From Candidatus Eiseniibacteriota bacterium (GTDB lineage Bacteria; Eisenbacteria; RBG-16-71-46): 64,000 nt of DNA. Position 1 is the stretch's first letter. Each line of letters opens with the position of its first letter. Made by a program: the position numbers and the translations under genes. The stretch spans positions 186,556 to 250,555 of the forward strand of contig JBBRLX010000002.1 in NCBI GenBank assembly GCA_038231135.1, given 5' to 3'. This document shows, piece by piece, positions 50,701 through 60,800 of this stretch. The notes under the pieces are model-generated. The model was given only the letters and a program-made list of their open reading frames with translations. It ran no database searches and was not told where the DNA came from.

Positions 50701-52304
50701 CGATATGGAACGGCGCGGTGTTCGGCCCCGAGCACGAGGTGTACGTGCGGTTCGACTCGGTGACCGCCGACGCACCGGAGCACTGCCTGCTGCTCGCGTC
50801 GCAGGGCACGAGCTGGAGTCGTGGCGTGATCGAGGTGTCGTACGCCGCGGCAACGGGGGTGTTGAGCGTCTACACCTACTCCCCAACCACCGGCTGGACG
50901 CGGCGCGGCGGGCCATGGAACGCGCGATTCGTGGCCGGCGATCAGTTCGGTGCGCGCGTCACCGCGACCGGCGCCGTGACCGCGTATCGCAACGGCGTCG
51001 CGATCGGAACCGCCACTGTCACGGGCTGGGAGTTCGCCGGGCGCGGCGGCCGCATCGGACTGTTGCTGCACGGCGCGGCCCGCACGCGGCTCGTGGACTT
51101 CGGCGGCGGCGATGCGATCGCCGGACCCGCGACGGCGCCGCATGCGGCGATCGCGTACCCCGCGAACGGTTCGATCCAGCCCGCCGGCGAGCTGCTGGCG
51201 CTCGCGGGCTCGGGAACGGACGCCGAGGATGCCGTGCAGGATCTGAGGATGCGCTGGCGTGTCACGCTGCCGGGCGGCACCGTGGCGGTGGCCGGCGCTT
51301 CGAGCGGCGTCGTGCTGCCGTCGCCGCTGGCGGTGCCGGTGCCGGTGCAGCTCGTCGTCACCGACCGCACCGGACGCACCGATACCGCCCGCGTGGTGGT
51401 GCGCGCGGGCGCCCCGGCGCTCGACCGGTTCGATCGCCCGGACGGCGCGCCCGGCGCCGCATGGTCGGGCAACGCCGCCGCGTTCGCGATTCGCGGCCGC
51501 GCGCTCGTCGAGACCGCGAGTTCCGGCTACATGACGTGGGCCGCGGCGTTCGGGCCGGACCAGGAAGCGTGGATGCAGCTCGATTCGCTCACCGCGACCA
51601 CACCCGATCTCACGCTGCTGCTCGGATCCCAGGGACCGAGCTGGAGCGCGGGCGTGATCCAGGTGGTGTACTCCCCGCAGCAATCGCTGGTGCAGGTGAA
51701 CACCTACGCTCCCGGGACCGGCTGGATAAGGCGCGGCGGGCCATGGCGCAACATCGCGTTCGCCTCCGGCGACCGCATGACCGCCCGCGCGTGGCGCGAC
51801 GGCCGCGTGCAGGTGTTCCGCAACGGCGCCGAGCTGGGAACCGCGGCGGCGGGCGGCTGGCCGTGGGTGGGCGCGGGCGGCCGCATCGGCCTGCTCGTGG
51901 CAGGCGCCACGCGCGTACGCATCACGCGGTTCGGCGGCGGCACGCTGGCGCCGGAATTCTTCGCCGGGGCCCCGCCAGCGGAGGTCGCGCGGGCGGGCGC
52001 CGCGGTCGTGGGCGACGCCATTCCAGGCCGCGTGTGGGTGTCGCGCGCGATTCCCAACCCCGTGACGCGCGACGCCGCGTTCGCATTGGAACTGCCGCGC
52101 GAGGCGATCGTCGGGATCGCCGTGTTCGACCTCGCGGGCCGCATCCTCTGGAGCGAACCCGGCGTCGTTCACGGCGCCGGCCGCACCTGGCTGCACTGGC
52201 AGGGCTACGATTCGCGGGGCATCGCCGCGAAGACGGGAATGTACGTCGCGCGCGTGAGCGTCGACGGCGAGTCGTTCCTGCGGCGGTTCACGGTTCTCAA
52301 GTAA
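47724..52304 (+). CDS. Large secreted PQQ-dependent sugar-dehydrogenase-like (GSDH) protein with PKD, three repeated beta domains, CARDB and C-terminal FlgD-Ig/T9SS-CTD-like domain
   Basis: DRGLIGLAVDP, GKLLRI, AYGFRNPFR, GDVG, NFGWP; PKD WSFGDG; CARDB ETTETNN; tail PNP...FDLAGR...GMYVAR. Confidence 0.85.
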   Translation: MLTRDTGFPWLRTAIVLALSFGCPLTAAATPVSPAGFVIENAWPGVRFILPTAVAFLPDGRALVAEKRGVVWVIDHGALRPTPMWSAEREVLANGDRGLIGLAVDPKFTTNHRLYFFYTADPDSNGNDDNVGAFSRLTRYQTSAADSNVVDPASRTVLIGRSWSDGFLSPTLSHAVDCLAFGSDGSLLVTHGDGSHFDIPDVGGHDPESFLPGRGDPAADLGSFRAQYLNTLSGKLLRINPETGAGYASNPYAAGDLMAPRARVWAYGFRNPFRFCVRPGTGSADTAAANPGTVYVGDVGANRWEELDVADHPGMNFGWPCREGPEVYTPYASMAPPGMGCDAMNSSGNPALPTAPRFTWNHDDSTLSAPFGIRGNCTAGGTFYTGARYPAAFRGRLFFGDYGGGWLKVATLDSANAITSMQSFAGALDGPVDFAMDPVSQEVFYASIYANEIRRIRYTGETSELPPVAIASGVPVTLAAGDTVKFSSLGSYDPGGDAVSFAWSFGDGTPGSSEAHPAHRYLAPGAFAAILSVSGELGAITRDTVQVVVTATPGFPVTPVLDAFQRPDAPLAGPQWVGNLTGLAVKRAALMETATSNYAMWNAPFGANQEVYVTLDSIALNAPEHDLLLGVQGTTWTAGAIQVVYDATNSVIAISTYSPAQGWKHIAGPWRGVQFTPGDRFGARLYSNGVLEVFRNNTVIDRCRVDTWTFAGHGGRIGLMLSGAAGSRLSGFGGGDVPLRNNAPPEATILSPADHSFFAAGDQVVLRGRGTDAEDPADSLKYRWEVSIRHNNHLHPDVLTRFAAVDSFTAENHDDGTGISLIVKLIVTDRAGEPDTASIEIHPEIDLVPARITLAPDDAFAGPFTCSFTIVNRGRMPAPRSRWQLSAGGVTVAQGDTTVPASDSVRVTRVLPAVAPGAPTLTLEVDALHEVLETTETNNVLVRPIAPRPFPTARLLDTFERADSALGAPWLGTQAGFAVRNQALMPLASTAYAIWNGAVFGPEHEVYVRFDSVTADAPEHCLLLASQGTSWSRGVIEVSYAAATGVLSVYTYSPTTGWTRRGGPWNARFVAGDQFGARVTATGAVTAYRNGVAIGTATVTGWEFAGRGGRIGLLLHGAARTRLVDFGGGDAIAGPATAPHAAIAYPANGSIQPAGELLALAGSGTDAEDAVQDLRMRWRVTLPGGTVAVAGASSGVVLPSPLAVPVPVQLVVTDRTGRTDTARVVVRAGAPALDRFDRPDGAPGAAWSGNAAAFAIRGRALVETASSGYMTWAAAFGPDQEAWMQLDSLTATTPDLTLLLGSQGPSWSAGVIQVVYSPQQSLVQVNTYAPGTGWIRRGGPWRNIAFASGDRMTARAWRDGRVQVFRNGAELGTAAAGGWPWVGAGGRIGLLVAGATRVRITRFGGGTLAPEFFAGAPPAEVARAGAAVVGDAIPGRVWVSRAIPNPVTRDAAFALELPREAIVGIAVFDLAGRILWSEPGVVHGAGRTWLHWQGYDSRGIAAKTGMYVARVSVDGESFLRRFTVLK

Positions 52305-52475
52305 ACCGGGGCGCCCGCTGTGGCGCCGGCCGCCGATGCACGCATGGGCAGGAGGGTTCGGGTTTCGCCGCGCTTCGATCGCGGACGGGTCGGGTGATAC
52401 TCTCGCGCCGTTCGATGCGCCCCTCGTGCTGCGCGTTACGCAGCCCCGACTCAACCTCCAACCCCGAAAATTCCC

Positions 52476-55400
52476 ATGACCCGCCCCACGAAACTTGCGG
52501 TGGCCGCGTGTGCCGGCCTTTCGATCGTCCTGTCCGTAATCGCGTTCGCTCAGCAGCCCGGCGGCGCCCGCCCGTGGGAGCGTCCGGTGCCCACGACCCC
52601 CGGAACGCCCGGAGCTCCGGCATCACCGCCGTTCGGGACCGTGCCCGGTGCGCCGCCGCAGACGCCGCCGCAAACACCGCCGCAGGGCCAGGGCGGAGCC
52701 GCGGCCGCGCCGTCGCCGGTGATCGCGCGCATCGACGGCCGACCCATCACCCAGCGCGATTACGATCGCGTCGCCGAGCCGTATTTCGAACGGCTCAAGG
52801 CGCAGCTCGGCCCCGGGTTCACGGGCGACGTGCGCGCCAGCGCGGTGCACAACGTGCTCGACGAGCTGATCCGCCGCGAGCTGCTCGTGATCGAGGGCCA
52901 CCGCCAGGGCGTCGTCGTCACCGACGCCGACATCGACCGCATCCTGAGCAACGATCCGTTCTTCTCCACGAACGGCGCATTCGATCCATCGAAGCTCGAG
53001 CAGTTCAAGGTCAGTCCGCAATCGAACTACCGCGTGATCCTGCCGCGGCTGCGGGAGGTCGCGCTCGCCGAGAAGATGGATCAGAAGCTGCGCGCCGGCC
53101 AGACGCCGAGCCCCGCCAGGGTCCGTGAGGAATGGAGCAAGCGCAACGAGCAGGTGCGGTTCCAGTACCTGCCGCTCACGACCCGTGACGTCTCGCTCGA
53201 TCCCGAGGCGAACGAGTCGGAGCAGTCCGCCTACTACCAGGCGCACCCGGATCAGTTCGAGAAGAAGGCCCGTCTGGCGCTCAAGTTCGTGCGCCTGGCG
53301 CTGCCGCCCGAGGGCGACTCGCTGCGCGCGGCCCGGGAGAAGTCCCAGCTCGCGAACGCGAAGACGCTGGTGGAGTCGCTGCATCACGGCAAGTCGATCG
53401 ATTCGCTGGGCGCGGGCTACGGCGGCGCCAACGAGACCGGCATGTTCGAGCTGCCCGCCGCATCGATCCCCGGCATCGGCCGGCCGAAGGACATCCTCGA
53501 CCACCTGGAGCGCGCGGTGAACGACACCACTCAGATCCTCGGCCCCGAGGTCACGCCGGGCGGCGTGGTCGTGGCCGTCGTCGTGCAGCACGAGACGAAA
53601 CGGCTGCCGCCGTACTCGGAGGTGCACGGCGACGTGAAGCGGCGCGCCGACGCCGAAAAACGCCGCGCCCAGCTCGAGGCCGACAAGCTCGCGTATTTCG
53701 AGCACCACCACCTCGACTTCAAGAGTCCACGCGCGCGGCTCACGCGCGTGGTCGTGAATCCGGCGGCGTTCACGCCCCGGCCGCCGTCGAACGCCGATCT
53801 CGACCGCTGGTTCGCGCAGCACGGCTCGGAGTTCGCCGTCGCGGGCGCCGGTGCGAAGCCGGTGCTCACGGATTCGCTGCGCGGGCTGGTGCGGGTGCGC
53901 GTCACCGACGAGGCCCGCGATGCGCACGCGGCCCAGAGCACTGCGAAGCTGGAGGCGGCGCTGCGCCAGAACCCGCGCGGCATCGCGTCGCTCGCGAAGG
54001 CGGAGGGCGCGCGCGCCGATACAATGTCGGTGACGCGTGACGCGGCGCGCGACTCGCTGTTCCCGCCCACGCTCGTCGACACGCTGCTGCAGGCCGAGGG
54101 GCGCCCGTGGATCGGCACCGTGCAGGGCCCGCGCCGCCTCGGTCCCTACGACGTGGTGTGGCGCGTGGACGCCGTGGACACCGCGTTCGTGCCGTCGTTC
54201 GAGGCGGCACGCAGCCGCGTGGAGCGCGCGTTCCAGGAGGACCGCCGTCAGCAGGACGAGGCCGCTGCCAAGCTGTACTTCGCAGCGCACCGCGCCGACT
54301 ACAAGACGCCGCCCAAGGTCGTGCTCGAGTACGCGAGCGTGCCGATTCCCCCCGCGGATTCGGTGACGGTGCCGGAGGCCGAGCTGCAGAGGTTCTGGCG
54401 GGCGCACCAGCAGGATCGCTTCAAGCAGGAGGAGCAGGTGCGCGCGCGCCACATCCTGATCAACACAGCGCCCAACGCCACGGGCGAGGAGATCCAGCAT
54501 GCGCGGGCGCGCATCGATTCGATCCGCGCCGCGATCGTGCATGGCGCCGACTTCGCCGAGCTGGCGAAAAAATTGTCGCAGGACCCCGGCTCGGGCGCCC
54601 AGGGTGGCGAGCTCGGCTGGTTCGGGCGCCATGCCATGGTGCAGGAGTTCTCGGACACGTCGTTCGCGCTGCGGCTGCACCACGTCAGCCAGCCCGTGAA
54701 GACGCGGTTCGGCTGGCATCTCATCGAGGCCGAGGACAAGAAGGCCGCCGGCGTGAAACCGTTCGCCGAGTCGCGGCCGGAGATCGTGACCGAGCTGTCG
54801 CGCGGACGCGCCGATTCGCTCGCGCTCGGACGCGCGCGGCGGCTGCTGCGGTCGATCACGGCCGTGGGTGCGATCGTCGCCACGAAGCCCTACGGCGGCG
54901 TCCAGACCTCGACGCCGATCTCGGCGACCGACCCCGTCCCCGGCGTCGGAATGGTGCCCGAACTGTCGGCCAGTCTCGACAAGTTGCTGCCCGGCGTATG
55001 GTCGCCCAGGCCGTACAAGGAGGCGAACCACTACGTGGTGGTGAAGCTCGACCGGCGCGTTCCGCCCGCGGCGGCGGAGTTCGACGAGGTGAAGCGCCAG
55101 GCCGTGGACGACATGAAGACCGCCCGGAAGAAGGAGTTGATCGCGAAGAAGGTGGCCGAGGTGCAGGCGGGGCTCAAGGCCGGCGAGTCGCTCGACTCGG
55201 TGGCGATCGCGTACGGCGGCCTCAAGGACAGCGGGCTGCTCACGCGGATGGGCGGGTTCGTGCCGCTGCTCGGCAGCGAGCCGCGCGTGATCGACAAGGC
55301 GTTCGCAATGAAGCCGCGCACCACCAGCGACACGCTGCAGGTGGCGCAGGGCGTGGTATGGATCCGCCCCGAGGATCGCAAGGCGGTGGAAGGCGCCTCG

Positions 55401-55571
55401 TTCGCGAAGGAGAAGGACGCGATCACCAGCGAGCTGCTGGCGAAGAACATCCAGGACTGGCTCGACCGCAAGAAGGCGACCGTGAAGATCGAGGTGCTGC
55501 GCGCCGACCTGCGCCAGGCGCCGCCGCCCAAGTTCCGCACGGTGACGACGACGATCCCGGGCGGGCAGTGA
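52476..55571 (+). CDS. Long SurA/PpiD-like periplasmic chaperone with parvulin PPIase domain
   Basis: Signal/anchor, SurA-N-like ARIDGRPIT...LDELIRRELL, VRARHILI, FAELAKKLSQDPGS..GGELGWF, TRFGWHLI. Confidence 0.85.
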   Translation: MTRPTKLAVAACAGLSIVLSVIAFAQQPGGARPWERPVPTTPGTPGAPASPPFGTVPGAPPQTPPQTPPQGQGGAAAAPSPVIARIDGRPITQRDYDRVAEPYFERLKAQLGPGFTGDVRASAVHNVLDELIRRELLVIEGHRQGVVVTDADIDRILSNDPFFSTNGAFDPSKLEQFKVSPQSNYRVILPRLREVALAEKMDQKLRAGQTPSPARVREEWSKRNEQVRFQYLPLTTRDVSLDPEANESEQSAYYQAHPDQFEKKARLALKFVRLALPPEGDSLRAAREKSQLANAKTLVESLHHGKSIDSLGAGYGGANETGMFELPAASIPGIGRPKDILDHLERAVNDTTQILGPEVTPGGVVVAVVVQHETKRLPPYSEVHGDVKRRADAEKRRAQLEADKLAYFEHHHLDFKSPRARLTRVVVNPAAFTPRPPSNADLDRWFAQHGSEFAVAGAGAKPVLTDSLRGLVRVRVTDEARDAHAAQSTAKLEAALRQNPRGIASLAKAEGARADTMSVTRDAARDSLFPPTLVDTLLQAEGRPWIGTVQGPRRLGPYDVVWRVDAVDTAFVPSFEAARSRVERAFQEDRRQQDEAAAKLYFAAHRADYKTPPKVVLEYASVPIPPADSVTVPEAELQRFWRAHQQDRFKQEEQVRARHILINTAPNATGEEIQHARARIDSIRAAIVHGADFAELAKKLSQDPGSGAQGGELGWFGRHAMVQEFSDTSFALRLHHVSQPVKTRFGWHLIEAEDKKAAGVKPFAESRPEIVTELSRGRADSLALGRARRLLRSITAVGAIVATKPYGGVQTSTPISATDPVPGVGMVPELSASLDKLLPGVWSPRPYKEANHYVVVKLDRRVPPAAAEFDEVKRQAVDDMKTARKKELIAKKVAEVQAGLKAGESLDSVAIAYGGLKDSGLLTRMGGFVPLLGSEPRVIDKAFAMKPRTTSDTLQVAQGVVWIRPEDRKAVEGASFAKEKDAITSELLAKNIQDWLDRKKATVKIEVLRADLRQAPPPKFRTVTTTIPGGQ

Positions 55572-55581
55572 GGGTGGCCGC

Positions 55582-56949
55582 ATGAACGCGGGCACGTCGT
55601 CCTCGTCCAACATCGACGCCGCCACCTGGACGCGACTGCTGTCGCCGCGGCGGCTCGGGGCCGTGGACGGCGCGTCCGACGCGCCGCGCAATCCGTGGCA
55701 GCGCGATTGGGACCGGATCCTCTACAGCCCGCACTTCCGGCGGCTGGCGGGCAAGACGCAGGTGTTCCCGCTGCCGCTCGACGACCACATTCATTCGCGG
55801 CTCACGCACAGCCTCGAGGTGGCGACGGTCGGCCGCTCGCTGGGCACGCTCGTCGGGCATCGCCTGAGGCCCGAACTGCCGGCGCACATCGAGCCGCGCG
55901 ATCTCGGCGACTGCGTCGCGGCGGCGTGCCTCGCGCACGACATGGGCAATCCGCCGTTCGGTCACGTGGGCGAGGACGCGATCCAGGAGTTCTTCACCCG
56001 CCACGAGCACGCGGCCTGGTTCATCGGCTGCTCGGAGGCCGAGCGCAACGACCTGCTGGCGTTCGAAGGCAATGCGGTCGCGCTGCGACTCGCGACCCGC
56101 AGCACCAGCCCGCTGGCGCCGCATGGGCTCGACCTGACGTGCGCCACGCTCGGCGCGCTGGTGAAGTACCCGTGCTCGTCGATCGAGGCGCTCGGCAAGG
56201 ACTCGCCACGCAAGAGCCGCAGCAAGCACGGGCTCGACGCGCCGGAGCTGGCGGTGTTCGCGGCGGTGGCGGACACGCTCGGGCTCGCGCGGCAGCCGGA
56301 CGCGCGGCATGCGTGGCTGCGGCATCCGCTCGCATTCCTGACCGAGGCGGCCGACGACATCGCCTATCAGATCATCGATCTCGAGGACGGGCTCCGGCTG
56401 CGCCACGTCACGCAGCGGGCGTTCCTCGACCTGCTGCGGCCGCTGTGCGCGGCCGATCCCCGCTGCCCGGCGCTCGACGTGCAGCACGATCGCGACGCGA
56501 TGCTCGACCTCGCCGGCATCGTGCGATCGATGGCGATCAACACGCTGATCCACGAGGTGGCGGATGTGTTCCAGCGGCGCCAGGCCGGAATCCTCGACGG
56601 CAGCTTCGACGACGCGCTGGTGAGCCACATCACGAGCCGCGACGCGGTCGAGCAGATCCGCCGCACGAACGTCGAGTCGTGCTATTCCGCGCGCGACGTG
56701 CTGAAGCTCGAGCTGACGGGCTCGGTCGCGATCCAGGCGGTGATGGAAGCGCTCGTCGACGCGACGATCTCGGGCAGCTCGGTGCGGGCGGGGCACCTGA
56801 AGAAGCTGGTGCCGCTGGTGTTCATTGACGGCGATCTTTATTCGCGCGTGCTGCGCATCACCGACTTCGTCGCCGGCATGACCGACCACTACGTGGTGCG
56901 GCTGTATCGGGAGCTGAGCGGCATCCGGTTGCCGGGGGGGCGGGACTAG
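55582..56949 (+). CDS. dgt: dGTP triphosphohydrolase
   Basis: FRRLAGKTQVF, RLTHSLEV, AHDMGNPPFGH, FEGN, KYP, ADDIAY..IDLEDG, FVAGMTD. Confidence 0.93.
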   Translation: MNAGTSSSSNIDAATWTRLLSPRRLGAVDGASDAPRNPWQRDWDRILYSPHFRRLAGKTQVFPLPLDDHIHSRLTHSLEVATVGRSLGTLVGHRLRPELPAHIEPRDLGDCVAAACLAHDMGNPPFGHVGEDAIQEFFTRHEHAAWFIGCSEAERNDLLAFEGNAVALRLATRSTSPLAPHGLDLTCATLGALVKYPCSSIEALGKDSPRKSRSKHGLDAPELAVFAAVADTLGLARQPDARHAWLRHPLAFLTEAADDIAYQIIDLEDGLRLRHVTQRAFLDLLRPLCAADPRCPALDVQHDRDAMLDLAGIVRSMAINTLIHEVADVFQRRQAGILDGSFDDALVSHITSRDAVEQIRRTNVESCYSARDVLKLELTGSVAIQAVMEALVDATISGSSVRAGHLKKLVPLVFIDGDLYSRVLRITDFVAGMTDHYVVRLYRELSGIRLPGGRD

Positions 56950-57068
56950 CGGCGGGGCCTCCGGCCGGCGAATTCCGGCAACTTTTCGCCCCGGAATCGG
57001 GTCATTGGGCTAGACTCGGCCCCCTACGGCTCCGGCCGCAGATGGACCCCTTACCGGAGAGTGCCACC

Positions 57069-57824
57069 ATGACCTCGTCGCGCCATGCTCCGCTGTTGCT
57101 GCTCGTGCTGCTGGGGGTCGCCGTCCTGGCGGTCCCCGCCCGTTCCCAGGAACTGCTGCCGCCCAAGGTGATCAGCCGACCGTTTCCGCAGGGCGTCTAC
57201 TGCCCGTTGCCGCTCGACCTGACGTTCGTCGCGAACGGGGCCACCGCCGTGTTGCGGTTCTCGACGACCACGGTGAACTATTTCGATACGAATCAGAACC
57301 AGGCCGTATGGTCACAGCAACTCATCGACAACGTGTGCGTGGTGAGCGACGCGATCTACTCGGCGAACCTCGGCCCGCTCGGATCGTACTCGGACCAGTG
57401 CTACACGCCGCCCAACGGCGCGCTGCTCACGTCGGTGTACAAGTTTCAGAATGCCGGCACGCTGCCGCTGGAGGACACGTTCACCACCGACCCGGCGACC
57501 AACGGCTGGGACGTCGCCCACGGCGCCTACTGGGATGCGACGACCACGGCCCCCAACGATCCGGGGACCGATGTCAGTTTCACGCCGAAGGGCGCCCTGG
57601 GTCTGGGCCTGCTCGATCCGACCTTCGCGGAAACCGATTCCGCCTACACGACGAAGACGGTCACCGGCCTGACGTCAGGGGTCACGTACCACCTGACCGG
57701 ATGGTGGAACGTGAATCAGATGCAGCTGAACAAGATCTCGCTGACGATCTCGGTGAGCGGCTCGAACTCGACGCCGATCGCCCGCCGCACGTGGGGAATG
57801 ATCAAGCGCGAGTACGACAAGTAG
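57069..57824 (+). CDS. Secreted hypothetical protein with C-terminal TWGxIK tail
   Basis: Signal peptide ending ARS-Q; Thr/Ser-rich beta-type body; ends TPIARRTWGMIKREYDK. Confidence 0.8.
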   Translation: MTSSRHAPLLLLVLLGVAVLAVPARSQELLPPKVISRPFPQGVYCPLPLDLTFVANGATAVLRFSTTTVNYFDTNQNQAVWSQQLIDNVCVVSDAIYSANLGPLGSYSDQCYTPPNGALLTSVYKFQNAGTLPLEDTFTTDPATNGWDVAHGAYWDATTTAPNDPGTDVSFTPKGALGLGLLDPTFAETDSAYTTKTVTGLTSGVTYHLTGWWNVNQMQLNKISLTISVSGSNSTPIARRTWGMIKREYDK

Positions 57825-57860
57825 CGATTCCCCGCGCGGGCGTGCGGGGCGCGTGTCGCG

Positions 57861-60800
57861 CTACCGCACGCCCGCGAGCACGAACGGCGCCCAGAAGAAC
57901 GGCGCCGACGTGCCGGGATTCGCGCGCACGACGCGCTTCGCCTGCCGCAGCGCAAGCGCCCAGTCGGGCTCCTGCCCGCGGCGCATCGCGTCCGGTACGG
58001 TCCGGAACAGCGCGCCCATGAGCGTCGCCGTCGAGGCGTCGTTCACCGACCACAGGCTCGCGATCACCCGCTCGGCGCCGGCGGTGAGGAACCCCCGCGA
58101 CAGCGCGAACACGCCCTCGCCCTCCACGCGCGCGCCGGCCGCCGTCTCGCACGCCGACAGCACCGCCAGCTCGCAGTCGAGATGGAGGCTGTAGATCTCG
58201 AACAACTGCAGCAGGCCGTCGGCGTCGGCCGCGCCCGAGCGCAGGTCGGCGGAGTCGGGCGCCGCCAGCACGATGCCGCCCAGCACGTCGCCGCGGCCCT
58301 CGGTGACGAACCCGTGGGTCGCGAGGTGCACGATGCGGCGGCCTGCCAGCCGTGCCCGCACGGCGCGTTCGGTGGCGGCCGCGCCGGTGAGCGTGTCGAC
58401 GCCGGCGCCCAGCGTGGCGGCGATCGCGCGCATCTCGAGCCGGGTGCCGGGCAGCGGCGGCCAGCGCGACATCGATGATTGCGGATCGCTGACGCTGAGC
58501 GCCACCGCGCCCGTCGCGGCGGATGCGGCCCGCGGCGTGCGGCGCTCGAGGGCCACGAGCGACGTCGCCGAGCCGGCGTAGCGCAGCGGCGGTCCGTCGT
58601 CGAGCCAGTAGCGAACACCACGTTTGCCGCCGTTGGACACCACGAGCGCCTCGAACGGGATCAGGTGCAACGCGCCGTCCGGCACCACGACCGCGGCGGC
58701 CGCATGGAGGATGGACGGCGCCACCGGGGCCGGCAGCAGGATGCGCCCGAGCGCTTCGAGCTTCGCGTCGAGCGGATCGGCGCCGGCCCCATCGTGACCC
58801 TGCGGCCGCGCGGCCGGTGGCTCCGCGCCGCGCCCGCGCAACGGCGCCACCGCACCCGCGGTGGCGGTTCCCGACAGCAGCGCGGCGATGCCCGGGTGCA
58901 TGAGCGCGCGCACCCGCGACGTGTCGCCCGCGATCACGTGTTCGAGCGTCGCCGCCGTGAGCGGGCCGGCCGCGATGCCGAGCGTCTTCGCGTCGGCGGC
59001 TCCGGCGGCGAGCGGAACCGCGCGGGCCGCGCCGCGGTCGTCGATCGCGAACACCCACGAGGCATCGTCGCCGATGTGGTATTCGAGCAGCATCTCGCCC
59101 GGCCGGAGCACGCCCCGGATGTCGTCGCGGGTCGCGGGCCGGCCGTTCGCCGCCAGCACGGCGCGCCACACCGGGCTCCGGTCCTCGATCGCGGTCGTCG
59201 CCTGTTCGAGTCGGCGGGCGGCAGCGTCGCGCGCGGCCTGCAAGGCGGGGCGCCCGGCCGCGCCGCCGCCCGCGTCGCGCGCCGCGTCGATGGCCCGCTG
59301 TGCGCGTGCGATGTCGTCCCGGGCGGCCCGCTCTTCGGCCTCGAGTGGCGCCCGCTCGGCGGCGGGAAGCCCGGCGCCGAGGTCGAGGCCGGTCATGGCC
59401 ACCTGGTCGCGCATCACGCGCGCGCGACCGCGCTCGTGCGCCTGCAGCGCACCCTCCACGTCACCCGCCGCGAGCCGCAGCGCCACCATGCGGTGATAGA
59501 GCCCGAGATGCTGCGACACGAACGCCGCCCGCGTGGCGTCGCCGCCGCCGCGACCCGCGCGCAGACTGTCGAGCAGGTCGAGCGCCACGGCGAGGCTGGT
59601 CATCGCGTCGGCGCTGCGGCCGGCGCGCCGGCGCAGCTCGGAGCGCAGCGCGTGGCCCTCGAGCCGCGATTCGGGATTCACCGGCGTCGCATCGAGCACC
59701 CGCAGCGCAGAATCGAGCTCCGCATCGGCGGCGCTCGCGGCCGGTCGGGGCGCGCCACTCAGGCAGCGCGCCAGATCGACGCGGACCGCGGCGACGTCGG
59801 GATGGAGGGCGCCGAGCCTCATCACGCGAATCGCGAGCGCGCGCCGGTAGGTCGATTCGGCCGCCGCCGCGGCGCCGCGGCGCTCGAGCAGCCGGCCCAG
59901 GTCGTCGAGGCTCTGGGCGACCTGCGGATGGTCTCCGCCCAGCGTGCGCTCGGCAGTGGCGAGCGCCTCGCGGAACAGCGGTTCGGCGTCCGCGTAGCGG
60001 CCGGCCTCGTAAAACGAGACGGCGGCCTGGCTCACGAACGGCGTGAGCGACGGGTTGTCGTTGCCGAGCGCGCCGCGCGCGAGCGTGAGCGCCACACCAT
60101 AGCGCGGCGCCGCCTCGTCGATGCGCCCCTGCATGCGCAGGATCTCGGCGACGTTGAGCGTGGCGACCGCGGTCGCCACGCGGTCCGGCGGGTCCGCGCG
60201 TTCGCTGAGCCGCAACGTCTCCTCGAGCAGCGGTTCCGCGTCGGCGTATTGTGCCCGGTCGCGATACAGCCCCGCGAGGTTGTTCATGAGTCCGAGCCGC
60301 ACGGGCACAGCGTCCGGCAGTCGCTCCCGGGCGATCGCGAGCCCGCGCCGGAACTGCCGCTCCGCGGCATCGTAGCGGTCCTGGACGCGCTCGATCTCGC
60401 CCAGGTTGTTGAGATCGTCGACGATCTGGGTGGCATGATCCCCGGTCAGCGCCTCGTAGCCCGCGAGCGACGCCGCGATCAGCGACTCGGCGGCGGCGTA
60501 CTGGCCCAGCTGAAATCGCAGCATGCCGAGCTGGCGCCGGCTCGACGCCACGAGCGGGTCCCGCGGGCCCAGGCGGGCGAGCCGGATGTCGAGCGCCTGC
60601 TGCGCCCGCACCGCCGCTACGTCCCAGTGCCCCTGGTAGTCGCCGAGCGTCGCGAGGGCGCCGAGCGTGAGCGCGACGGCGGGGTCGGTCCGGCCCAGCG
60701 CTCGCTGCTTGAGGGCCAGCGAGCGCGTGAAACAGCTCTCGGCGGCGCTCCAGCCGCCGGGCTCGGACAGCGCGAAGAACCGCAGCGCCAGGGAGTCGAG

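Noticed and set aside
55582..56949. Antiphage dGTPase
   Set aside because: Host-like GC, 10 nt downstream of a housekeeping chaperone gene, no defence-island context; ordinary Dgt is more likely
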